A DNA stretch of 64,000 bases. Origin: Octopus bimaculoides (Eukaryota). Positions 12,826 to 24,332 of this stretch are shown here, piece after piece. Positions within the stretch are counted from its first letter, which is position 1. Every line of letters begins with the position of its first letter. The notes below the pieces were generated by a model that saw only the letters and a program-made list of their open reading frames with translations, did no database searches and was not told the origin of the DNA. Position numbers and translations under genes: made by a program. The DNA is taken from contig NC_068982.1 of assembly GCF_001194135.2 (NCBI RefSeq), positions 11,558,676 through 11,622,675 on the forward strand. The letters run 5' to 3'.

Positions 12826-14815
12826 AGCATTTGATGAATTTTTGTCTATTAACAAAAGACAGAAGCAATGGAGTATGGGTACATGTGAAGGCCACAGGGT
12901 CTAACTAAAACGGGTGCAAGAGAGGAAACATAGTAAAATAATATTAAGGATGGACCAACCAAATATTTTTGTCAACTCTCAAAAGACTGGAAATCTGAAA
13001 GTGTGTGGTCTAACTTTTATCTGTAGAGTTCTTTGAGTTCACTCCCAACAGCTATGGGGCTGATGATGATAATTACTGTTTTGGAGCTTAAGAGATATTA
13101 AATGAACATCAATAAAAATGTCTTTACTTTTATGGTTGTATTATTTGTATTGATTATATGGTGGCAATCTGGCTGAATTGTTAGCATGTTGGACAAAATG
13201 CTTTGCAGCATTTCATTCGTTTTTACATTCTGAATTCAAATTTCACCATGGTCGACTTTGCCTTTCATCCTTTTTGGGGGTTGATACAATAAGTACCAGT
13301 TGATATAATCGATTTAATCCCTTGCCCGAAATTACTGTGTTAAAAATCTGAAACCATTATTTCTATTGATTATATTTCTAAAAATATAAAAACATGGTTG
13401 CTTACATCCTTCACTTTTTTTTCTTTTTTACCATCCACTGTGGTTTCCAACTTCTTCAGTTAGCCACATCATTACTTACAGTAAGAGACCCTCTGTAGGA
13501 TTGTTCAACATCTAAGAAATTGTTGAGTGTGATTTGAGAGAAATTTGGCTGCTGTGTTGGGAAAGGAAGATCACAGACAATGCAATCATCTAAAAACAAA
13601 AAAGACACACACAAAAAAATGGCAGGTTAGTCATAAGGGGAATGCTTTTGATCATAGGTTTCCTTAACCAGAACTAACCTGGGATTAAATAACAACCACT
13701 CACATCACATTCATTTATTTATTTATTTATTCATTTATAACAGGTTATTTGGCTAACTTGTTTACTGTGCTTAAAGCATAACTGAAAGAAACCAAATATA
13801 CGAAATTTATCTAAGGAAAGTATTGCTAATGTAATCAACTAGACAATTTAATATTGTCTAGTTGATTACATTAAATATTATTCAAGTAACTATTTAACTT
13901 TTACTGTATACATCCTGGTTTTGGAACAAAGATATCATGTTCTTGCATACCATAGAAGCCAGTTTGGAACAGGAAGGGCTTCTGTCTATAAAACACTGCC
14001 TAGGAAGACATATTCAGTCAAAAATAATCAAGATGTAAAATGAAGATGGTAATGGTTAGTTAGCTGATTACTCCTCTGATTACCAGTCTAAGTTAAATAC
14101 AATGTAGAATCTAACAATATAGCAACTCAAATTCAAGGGTATCAAATTTTTGGACAGCTTCTAAGTGTTTGGTTGAATGCCTCCATGTTTTAAATTTACT
14201 ACGGCAGAAACTGGCTGAGGCTAGTCAACAACACAACAATGCGACTGAATTCAGTTTCAATTCTAATAAAAAGATTGAACCTACTTTTTCAGTTTTGATA
14301 AATAAGATTACATATTTTTATCTGTTAATTGAATTCAGAGCAATATTGGTAATCTATATTAGAGAGAGAGAAAGAGAGAGAGCAAAAGAATGAGAGGAGG
14401 AGGAAAAAACTGGAAATACTGGAAGCCTATAAAATTTGCTATTGATAAAAAGAAGAAAAAAATCAGATTCATTGTAAATAAAATTCAAAGAATTCAAAAC
14501 ATGGTATTTGTTTGAAAACATGCTTTGATGTAAATGGGACATTCTAAACAAATTTTATAAAGTATTTTATTATTGGTGTAGAGTTTTTGATAACTTGGAA
14601 CAAGTTATGGAGAATTGTTCTGTAATTCACTTCCTTCTTTTCTTTTTTCTTTTTTTTTAAGTTTGGTGACATGTTTTTATTCATAGGTGAAACTCAGTTG
14701 CTTTATGATTTAAATATAATATTAGTCAAAATTCTAGTTAGGATTTTGTCCTATGATCATATAAGTATTTTCTGTTAAAAAAAAAAATCTGAATATTTGT
14801 TTGGTATTTATTCAG

Positions 14816-14885
14816 CTATCAAATGTCAGCAAACTTTGATGTTTTCCACAATAGACTGTTTGCGCACACATATTTTTGAATGGCA
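14816..14885 (+). CDS. Candidate internal coding exon ((A)IKCQQTLMFSTIDCLRTHIFEW-Q)
   Basis: Acceptor tttgtttggtatttattcag, donor CA|gtaaat. Ends in phase 2 (CA), compatible with the leading A of the 24263 exon (CAA = Gln). Confidence 0.38.
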
Positions 14886-15304
14886 GTAAATTCTTTGCAT
14901 ATTGGGTTGTGTAAGTAATGAAATATAAATGTTCTGATAAGTGATCTCATAAATGCTGCTTAGGAAAATTGCTGAAAAGATAACTTGTCTGGTTAAATTA
15001 GTCTTCACAATTTCAATCTTTGTAAAACCTTTGTTAATCTAATTTTTTTTTAGTTATTTACCATTACAATATATTTCTATTTATCTTTCCTTGTTAACAA
15101 GCACAAAAGCTAAAGGATTTTGTTAGATTTTGTTCTTCAGAAAAAAAAACTGTTACTCTGTATAAAGCTATTATCAAGCAGCATCATGAAGAAAAAAAGG
15201 CAAACGTTCCTCAAAGTAATTTATAATACTATGGTTGGAATTGTTAAGTTGTAAGACTTTAGTATTGGTAAATATCTTTTTAAAATTCCATAACTCAGAT
15301 ATTC

Positions 15305-15442
15305 TACATTATTTACATTTGATGGATATTTGTCCTCATCTTCTTTGTTGTTAACACGTTTCGGCTGATATACCCTCCAACCTTCATCAGGTGTCTTGGG
15401 GAAATTTTGAACCTGGGTTCTCATTCTTAAGGTATTTTTCAA

Positions 15443-15473
<31 letters not shown>

Positions 15474-15682
15474 GAGTTTGATTCCAGGCAGTGACCTGAA
15501 TAATAATAATGATAATAATAATAATAATAATAATAATAATATCGAAAAATACCTTAGGAATGAGAACCCAGGTTCGAGATTTCCCCAAGACACCTGATGA
15601 AGGCTGGAGGGTATTTCAGCCGAAACATTATATTAACAACAAACAAGATGAGGACAAATATCCGTCAAATGTAAATAATGTA
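15305..15682. repeat. Fold-back inverted repeat (arms 15305-15473 and 15499-15682); each arm has a hammerhead-ribozyme core, PLE pLTR-like
   Basis: The arms are near-identical reverse complements with (ATT)n/(AAT)n inner ends and a 25 bp spacer. The + arm reads GACAC-CTGATGA-A-GGCTG-loop-CAGCC-GAAAC (15589-15626). The - arm has the same core at 15358-15395. Confidence 0.9.
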
Positions 15683-16589
15683 CATAATTCCTCATCTCTT
15701 GAATATAGAACTGTATTATCAGATATTCTACTTGATAAAAAACTTTTTGATTTCATGTTGCTCCAGTCCTCTCACCTGGCAAAAATGAGTAGCACTTGTA
15801 TTTCAGTGGGGCCAACCTTGTCTGATTCTGTATCAGGCTGAATCTCCCTGATAACTACATAAAGGATACACATGTCTGTGGAGTGTTCAGCCACACTTGC
15901 ATGTTAATTTCACAAGCAAGCTGTTCTGTTGATTGGATCAACTGGAACCCTTGTCGTCATAACAAATGGAGTGCCAGTTATGGTTGATTACAGCAATGAT
16001 ACTACTGTGTGCAAATAATATTTTTCTAATCGTTCAGAACCCAATATGCAAAGAATTTACTGCCATTCAAAAATATGTGTGCGCAAACAGTCTATTGTGG
16101 AAAACATCAAAAACAATTTTCTTTATAATCAAATTGTTTTTGTTTTATATTCTTATAACTAAATAAAACTTAATATTTATTCAATTTCCTGTTAATTTCA
16201 AAATGCATTTTTACTACAATAAAGAGACGACTGCTGCCTCATCAAGAAAGCATAACTGACTGTTACTAGCTATATAGTGTATTTCCACAACTGCTTCAGT
16301 TCTGGTTAAAGGAGTTCTTGGCATAGTAATTTTCCTTAAAAGAAAATGTGATTCCAACACTTCCTAAGTACTAGAATCACAATGTCAATTCTTAAAGTCT
16401 CAGTTACCATACATCTACTCAAATTGAATGGCATTTGCTGAATAATATACAAAAGCATATCTACACATCTAGATCCCAAAATCTATTGATAAATCTATGA
16501 ATTGGGAGTGAAATCCCTGAAACAAAACTTGATATATTGCAGAAAACCACTCAGTAAGTAACCCAATCTACTCTAAATGAATGAGCATA

Positions 16590-17350
16590 AATTTCTGTCC
16601 TATCTTAACACTGCATAGAATAATAATGCTGAATCAATAGAATGTAGCCTTTGCAATAACAGATACATGCCAGCAAATGTTACAAACTCTCTTCAAAAGA
16701 TATGAAGAATTTCTCTCATTACAAAAATAATTGGTACTGCCAATCATTGTTGCTTCACTTCCACTTGCTGCTATTCACAATATTGATTTTCATTCACAAA
16801 ATAACTCCCGTTTCTAACTTTGATACAACCAATAATAGTGATGTTTTTATTAGTCTCAATAGTGATTTGAAGAAAATTATTGATAAATGTAACCATCTGA
16901 ATTTTCATTCTCATATCATCAATGGAGATGATGAAAATTTTCCTAAGCAATTAAACCTTCACTATTATGATATAATACACTTAAACAAAACTGACATTAA
17001 TATGCATTATGCTTTCTGTTGAGCATAATGCATGTTGATGATATAACTTCCTTAACTAAAAAGTAACGAGGATATTTAGCTTTATTAAATTTTTAATTTG
17101 ATTTAATGAGTATATTGAAACATAGCATTTCAAAAGATAAAACTCTTAAATGATGAACATATAAATACCATATTTTGAGTTCATTTAAGAACCTTTTGAA
17201 AACTCTTATGAAGACACAGGGTCCTGTTATCAAAGTTAAGTATGTTTATAAAAGGGCTTGATTTTATTTTAAAAGAAAATTTGACTACAAGTTTTGATGA
17301 AAGAAACACTCTAAAGATGATGATAATTCTTCGAGGTGACTATATGTGCA
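16590..17350 (+). mobile_element. Decayed CR1/L2-group LINE 5' part: PHD finger followed by AP-endonuclease-like remnant
   Basis: Allowing small indels, 16596-16752 reads CPI(C)..ESIECSLCNNRY-HASKCYKLSSKDMKNFSHYKNNWYCQS(C)VASLP, a PHD C4HC3 spacing with a WYC motif. Downstream LLNF*FDLMSI resembles FDIIGITETW. Confidence 0.5.
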
Positions 17351-17570
17351 GAAAGCCAAAGTTATTTACCTATTGCTGAATTTAATCTACATAATATTAA
17401 AACTCAACTAATGAAAATTTATAGAGAAAATAAATTCTCTCTGATGAGGGACATTAAAATTTATATTCTAAATTAGAGCATAAATAGGCACTTCCATTTC
17501 ATTCTTAACTCAACACAATACTGAAATGAACTGCAGCCTACCAAGTCTAATTCAAGAAGAAAAAAAAAAT

Positions 17571-17945
17571 TCTTTTATTTGTTTCAGTCATTTGACTGTG
17601 GCTATGCTGGAGCACCACCTTTAGTTGAAAAAATCGACTCCAGGACTTATTTGTTGTAAGCCTAGTACTTATTCTATTTCTCTCTTTTGTCAAGCTGCTA
17701 AGTTGCGGAGATGTAAACACACCAATATTGGTGGTGGTGGTGGTGGTGGGGGGGGCAAACACAGACATGTATATATATATATATATATATACGATGGGCT
17801 TCTTTCAGTTTCCATATACCAAATTCACTCAAAAGGTATTGGTCAGCCCGAGGCTGTAGTAGAAGACACTTGCCCAAGGTGCCACGTAGTGGGACTGAAC
17901 CTGGGATCATGTGGTTGGGAAGCAAACTACTTACCACACAACCAC
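17571..17945 (-). mobile_element. SINE family A
   Basis: Same family body. Confidence 0.88.
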
Positions 17946-18273
17946 TAAAACCCTTTCGCTACTATGCTTCTGAAGAAGTGTGCTACCTTTGCTTCAATTG
18001 AATTTTTAAATAATCAAAATTTTAGTAAAATAATTTTTTTATTTAAGCTATTTTGATTTGGATCACTTTAAAAGAGGATATTTGTGTCTTAGAACCAGAA
18101 GTGGTTTCAGGCGAGTTACTGATGAACCACATAGATGCTTAGTAATTAGTCTGTCTAATTCATTTAATTTACCATGCTTAAACTGATTTTATATACACTA
18201 CAATAAATCTATTTTGTTTTTGTATTTGGTTTACAAGATTCTTTATGTGAATTCGTGTGTTGAAGCATATTTT

Positions 18274-18452
18274 ATTGTGTCTGGGGAGTGTCTTTCTCTT
18301 ATAGTACCTTATTAATTTAACACACTCACTGGTCTGATTTCTTCATTTACTTCTTTATTATTTTTTACTATAAGTAAATGAGTGGAAATCAGACCGGTGA
18401 GTGTGTTAGATTAATAAGGCACTAAAAGAGAATGACTCTCCCCAAACACAAT
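18274..18452. repeat. Fold-back inverted repeat, ~80 bp arms, 19 bp spacer
   Basis: 18274-18352 (attgtgtctggggag...gatttcttcatttactt) is the imperfect reverse complement of 18372-18452. Confidence 0.9.
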
Positions 18453-19039
18453 GCAATAAAGCTAAATTTATATAAAAGAAACTTTCAAAGTTCATTTCAT
18501 CTGAACTACATTTATCTGTTTATTACTCACTAATGATGATGTGAATCAGAGGGTATACGTTTTATAACCTACATAATGTCTAAATTTATCCGTATAAGAA
18601 AGCTGGTAACAAAGAAAATCAGCTTGAAGCCAAACATGGGATTGAGTATAAAGTCAAGAAAAGTGTATACTATATAAACTACTGAAGTGAGAGTGATGGC
18701 AAGAAAGATAAGTTTCTTGCTGACTACAAACCTATTTATAACCAAAGCTATCATAAAAGATTAAATATTGTAATAAATATGTTGAAATAAACAGAATCAA
18801 CCCCACCCCACCCCAGTCATTTTGAAAGGAAACAGATGTTCAATAAATCATAAAAATTAAAATACTTCAAGCATAAATATTATTAGAAAAGAAAAAAATT
18901 ATATCTTTTATCTGACCAAAGTAATATTACTAATCAATTTGTTAATGGTGGGATCATGTATAGAAAAACAGAAATTGTCATATCAAATATTTTAAACCCA
19001 TGCTAGCTTGGGACGTGGATGTTAAATGATGAGGATGGT

Positions 19040-19312
19040 TTAACCCTTTTGTTACCATATTTCTGTATATAATACATTCTATTAACCCTTTTTTGACCAT
19101 ATTTCTGTCGAGATGCTCTGAGTTACTATCAATAAATTTCAAATATAACAAAGAATTTAGTAAAAAATACTTAGTTATCATTAAGCTAGTGTTAGGAACA
19201 TAAATTGTGACTAAGGTTTGGTGGAAGATTTTAATTCAGAACTTTTGAAAACAAGACATTTGTACTATAGAGCCAGAGGCAGTTTCAGGTGGATTGGTAT
19301 CAAAAGGGTTAA
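19040..19312 (-). mobile_element. P1 MITE with an extra outer terminal fragment (19040-19066)
   Basis: Reverse-orientation P1 copy at 19082-19312, preceded by 14 bp of spacer and a second terminal segment. Confidence 0.85.
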
Positions 19313-20402
19313 ATAATTAAAACATATTTTTTTTTACTCTAAAATACAAGAATGAAATTTGAGGTGTCACAAAATGTGTTAAACTTGAGTTATGTAATTA
19401 AGACCCCTCCCTAAATCAGATTAAAAGGAAACTTTTGGTTATTAATGACAGAAAATACTTGAATTTTGTGTATTTGTGTGTCTATACTTCTTGTGCACAC
19501 AGCAAGTAGAAATCAGTTTTTCAGCCTTTAACAATAGATTTATGCTTTTCAATAAATAGCATTCAACAACCTTATTCTTACTATTCACAAACATTCTGAG
19601 GTCAATAAAATAAAGTAACATTTAAATGTATGAAGTGTGATAACATCTCTCCTAAAATTTCAGCCCTTGTTCCTATGTCAGAAACAATGTTTTTCATGAT
19701 AGTAGATTCATATCAGCAACTTCAAAGTCTCTGCTAATCCACCAGTCTGCTGTGGATTTTGTTTGTATTAACCACAGTTAGTTCAAAAGAACCACCTGTC
19801 ACTCCATTCACAGAGTCACAAAGTATTGTAACTTGACCTGTACTTGTCTCACTTACTGAAAGTTTTTGTTTCTTTCCTTCTCTCTTCTCTGCCAGGAGAA
19901 GCTCTTGACATCCTCTCTCATTTATTCTGTCTTTCAGTTGAGAAATAAAAGAAGTTTTCAAAGGCTAAAGATTGTTCACTTATTAAATATCCATACACAG
20001 TGAACCCTCATAAACCACATAGTGTAGGTAGGAAAGAGTATCCGTTTTAGCTGATTGTCCAAGTTGACTAATTCTAGATGTTAATGTTGTCTCTGATTTT
20101 GGGTATATAGACACAGGATATGGAACAAGATAAAAAGTAACAAAAATACAGAAAAATATTGCAAACATCATATAACCATTTATGTAAAAACAAATATATA
20201 TTTCATAAATTTATTTAGCATAACAATAAGCACACTTGAAAATTAATACTTGAGGAGTGATGTAATCAATAGCAGCTGGGCCATCAATACCAGAAGCTGA
20301 ATTAGCAGCTGCAGCAGTGTTTCAATGAATCCAAGTGACAGACAGATGAGCTGCATTTCAGGTATTTACCTTACCAATGCTACTTTCAAATAGTGAGTTC
20401 CT

Positions 20403-20632
20403 GTAACCCTTTAGTGTTTAGATTACTCTGTCAAATGTAATGCTTATTTATTCATATTGTTTTGAGAATTTATCCTGCATTATCTTGTAACCTTGAGATT
20501 TCAATGAAGTGGTCGTTTACTGTCAAAATGACATTCTAGGCTAGGTGTGAGACGCCACATCTGGCTGGTTTGAACATAAAGCAAGTAAACTATTTTGGCT
20601 GGATATGACTGGTTTAAATGCTAATGGGTTAA
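20403..20632 (+). mobile_element. TTAA-flanked MITE, family P2; other copies at 2468-2694, 4635-5279 (split), 22423-23056 (minus, split by a SINE), 43897-44096 and 49909-50470 (split)
   Basis: taaccctttag...ctaatgggttaa termini and a shared internal sequence among the listed copies. Confidence 0.75.
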
Positions 20633-20709
20633 GGCTTATTTAATGGGTTAAGACTTATATTATCAATATCTGAGGATATGGATAATACTACTGAATATCA
20701 CTTATTTTC

Positions 20710-21432
20710 AAGTCAATGAAAAATTTGAAGTTATCAAGTGATTCCCATACAACAAAGAGTTTTAATTTCTTGGGCATTGGTTTATCTTTCTCATTCTTAC
20801 CATTACTGCTGTCATCAGTGAGAATTTCATTTACCATTTCTTCATTTAACATTTGGTATCCGGAGTCATCTTCACAATCTCCTAGCTTCTTTTTTGATAT
20901 TGTCTTCCATGATGTGTTTCACCTACCCTCTAAAACATGATTAGAATCCCTTGTCAGGAATCCTAAATCATATTGTACCTCCTTCTTATACAAAAGTTTT
21001 TCCAGGCATTGGTTTAAGTGATATTCTTGACTGCTTTCCATGAAGCTGTTGCAGACTTGAGGTTGTAGTTCCTGATATTACTGAGAGTTCATTTCTTTGT
21101 GCGTCTTCCTTAAGAATGTTTTGCATGACTATAAGAACTTCATCCAGATATCTTCATTATATAATCTCCAGGATCATTGATGGATAAAACACTTTGGCAC
21201 TTCCTCCTCAAGAGTAGTATCGTTTGTAACTCTCAAACATCCCTTTGCACCAACGGATAATTTAGAATTTACTGTTCATCCTTTTCATTGTATACATTTG
21301 AAATTGATTGCATTTACACTCTTCACAAACTCTTGCTACAAATGCTCTGTCTCCGGATTATTAGTTACAGTTTCTGTTTACAGATAGGTTTAAATGCTTC
21401 TTCTTTGGACTGTTACTTTCCTTTGAAGCCAT
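20710..21432 (-). mobile_element. Tigger/pogo-like transposase relic (N-terminal HTH plus acidic C-terminus; DDE core not seen)
   Basis: From the ATG at 21432: MASKESNSPKKKHLNLSV-KQKL..VARVCEE, resembling the TIGD/JRK HTH_psq N-terminus. Near 20880-20760: DCEDDSGYQMLNEEMVNEILTDD, resembling the Tigger C-terminus. Stops and frameshifts present. Confidence 0.6.
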
Positions 21433-22546
21433 ATTCTGAAGTACAATACTGAAAGATAGCTAATTATTAAAATATCAATGAAAATTGCATGGCAACACAA
21501 GCTGTATTGTGTTACATTTGGGGATTACTGTCACAGTGTGCACTGTCTTATTAAATGAACTCACTCGACTGTTCTAAGTATTACTCAAGAATGAATATAC
21601 AAACTTTGTTTTGCTTCAGTTTGATTTTAATCTTTCTTTCTGAGTGTGCATTTGAAAGTAAATTGCAGCATGATTTGTACCATACTGCAAGAACAGAATT
21701 AATATGAAGAAAATAATTTCCAATTAACAAGTTATTGATGAATTTGTACATAATTTCTGATTGCAAAAATGTGTTTATTAGAGGGAAAATGTGAAAGTGA
21801 ATGAGAAAGTTTTCATAAGAAAATAACAAAGAAAGGAGGAAGTGAATAAATTTGTATTGTAGGTAAATTAAGATGTTAGTTAGGGAGTGCCGAATATTAA
21901 ATAAGAAAGGGTGTTTATGTTAGTTGTAAGAGTGAATAACAAACAGGATGTGTACTGATGGAATGTCATTCAACTTTAGTCCTTATATTTCTCATTTGCC
22001 TAGTATGTCTCATAATACAGCTAGTTGTAGGGTGTGCAAAGCTATCTCAGACTTACTTATTTATTATGTTATTGAACAAGTTTATCCGTGATAAATTTAT
22101 TATCTTTTGGTGGTAGTGCTGCACGCATTTAGCAGACTTAGAATGTACTCAAGCACTCAAAGAGGATGTTAGAAGTGATAGTCACTTTCTTAATTCAGAT
22201 TCCATATGGTTTATCCAATATTTGGGTTAACTGGGTAAAGTTTAATAATGTTTCACTGCATGATAACCATATTGAGCAAGTCAGGGTTATCTGTTTTGCT
22301 TGTTTCAAGCAAACAAATAGCAACACTGACAATTAAACAGAATCAGGTCTTGAATATCCATTTCTTAGGAGCCAGAGCATTGGACAAAATGCCTTGTGGT
22401 ATTATTCTACATGTGTCACATTTTATCCCTTTAGCATTTAATTTGGCCATATCCGGCCCAAATATTCTATACATTTTATGTTCAAACTGACCAGATCTGG
22501 CCTCTCACACCTACCCTACAATGTCGTTCTAAAAATAAACAATCAT

Positions 22547-22704
22547 AGGCACAAGCGTGGCTGTGTGATAAAAAGCTTGCTTCCCAACTACATGGTTCTG
22601 GGTTCAGTCCCACTGTGTGGAACCTTGGGCAAGTGTCTTCTTCTATAGCCTCAGGCCGACCAAAGCTTTGTGAGTGGATATGGTAGATGGAAACTGAAAG
22701 AAGC

Positions 22705-22748
<44 letters not shown>

Positions 22749-22945
22749 GTATCTGTGTTAGTCACCCCACCATCGTTTGACAACTGATGTTGGTGTGTTT
22801 ATGTCCCTGTAACTTAGTGGTTCAGCAAAAGTAACCGATAGAATAAGTACTAGGCTTACAAAGAATAAGTCCTGGGGGTCGATTTCTTTGGCTAAAGGCA
22901 GTGCTCCAGCATGGCTGCAGTCAAAAGACTGAAACAAATAAAAGA
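22547..22945 (+). mobile_element. SINE family A, full length, inserted into a P2 MITE
   Basis: Head aggcacaagcgtggctgtgtg..gggttcagtccc (B-box-like). MITE halves lie on both sides. Confidence 0.88.
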
Positions 22946-23698
22946 GTAATAAATCACATCAATGCAATATTGAAGCTACAATAGAATATATGATTGATTC
23001 AAAACAGTGTGAATAAATATGCATTTGATAGAATAATCTAAATGCTAAGGGTTTAAGATCAACTTATCTATGGCATTTTATGCACTTGTACCAAAGATCA
23101 CAAAGTCATGCGGATCCAAAAAATATGATTTTTTTTTTGTCACAAGCACCATAAATTTCTTGATACCCAAGTTACCATCCTGGAAGTGATGCCTCACTAT
23201 TTATTTGTAAAGCCAGTAATGGTTCTAGTGGTTGCAATATTTTATTTATGAGTCGTAATATAGAATGAATTGAAGATGACGAACTCTGACTCCGAATAAA
23301 AGCTAGTGAACGGGTGCAAGCACATAAACTATTAATGAATGCAAGCATATCTAAACTGACGATATTCTATTAACAAAAGAAATCAGTTCATTAAAGGGAG
23401 TAGGCAACTCTACCAAATTAATCAAAAAAAAAAAAACTCTTTAATTAGATGTATTTACTATCTTGGTCTATTCATTGATGGTTGTTTGCTATTGAATCTC
23501 CATATTAGTCTTCTAAACATTAAATTAGTCAGGTCTAAGCCATTTCATCCAAACTGCTCTATGGGAATTTCTACAACTATGTTTTCTTTTCATTTTTAAT
23601 TTACTGGCTCCTTGTATGATCTGAGGAGCATCTAATGATTATGAATTTTTCCTAATTATTATTAAGATTTATAGTAAATTTAAAAAATGGAATGAAAA

Positions 23699-23741
<43 letters not shown>

Positions 23742-23801
23742 CATTTACCACTTCCTCCTGTTGTTTTTTTTTTCTTGTGTTTCTTCATTTTTAAAATTAA
23801 T

Positions 23802-23834
<33 letters not shown>

Positions 23835-24262
23835 GCACACCAGAGTAAGCACATAAATGTGAAACAAGGTGGAGAAAATAGTACTCAAATACTGGAAGTA
23901 GAGTAATATGCTTTTTTAATAAAGTGTTTCCTTTAAATCTCACCTACTGAAGTGTACAAATTTAATGTATGTGATGTTCTCTTTATTGAAACCTTGGTCC
24001 TTTTTGTCAGAAACAATTGTCTAGGATTATGGAATAAAAGTATAATCCATTTTAACATCCAATCTGCTTCATTTCACTTATTTCATGAAGTTTATTGAAG
24101 TTTGTTTAATAAATTAAGTCTTATATTGATCATCTGCTGCTAAAAACATGATAGATGTGTCAGCTCATTACAGCCGTTTCCCATGTAACTTTTAATGAAG
24201 AATGAGAACATTACATCATTATAAAAGACTGTAATCATCAGATGAGAATATAATTTTTACAG

Positions 24263-24332
24263 ATTGACAGAGTATCCCAGGAATGCAGCAGAGATGTGTC
24301 TGTTCTTGAGAGAGTGTAATATGATATCTAAG
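24263..24332 (+). CDS. Candidate internal coding exon of an unidentified gene (LTEYPRNAAEMCLFLRECNMISK)
   Basis: Acceptor taatttttacag, donor AAG|gtcagt. Only one frame is open across the 70 bp, and it is more GC-rich than its flanks. No protein family recognised. Confidence 0.5.
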
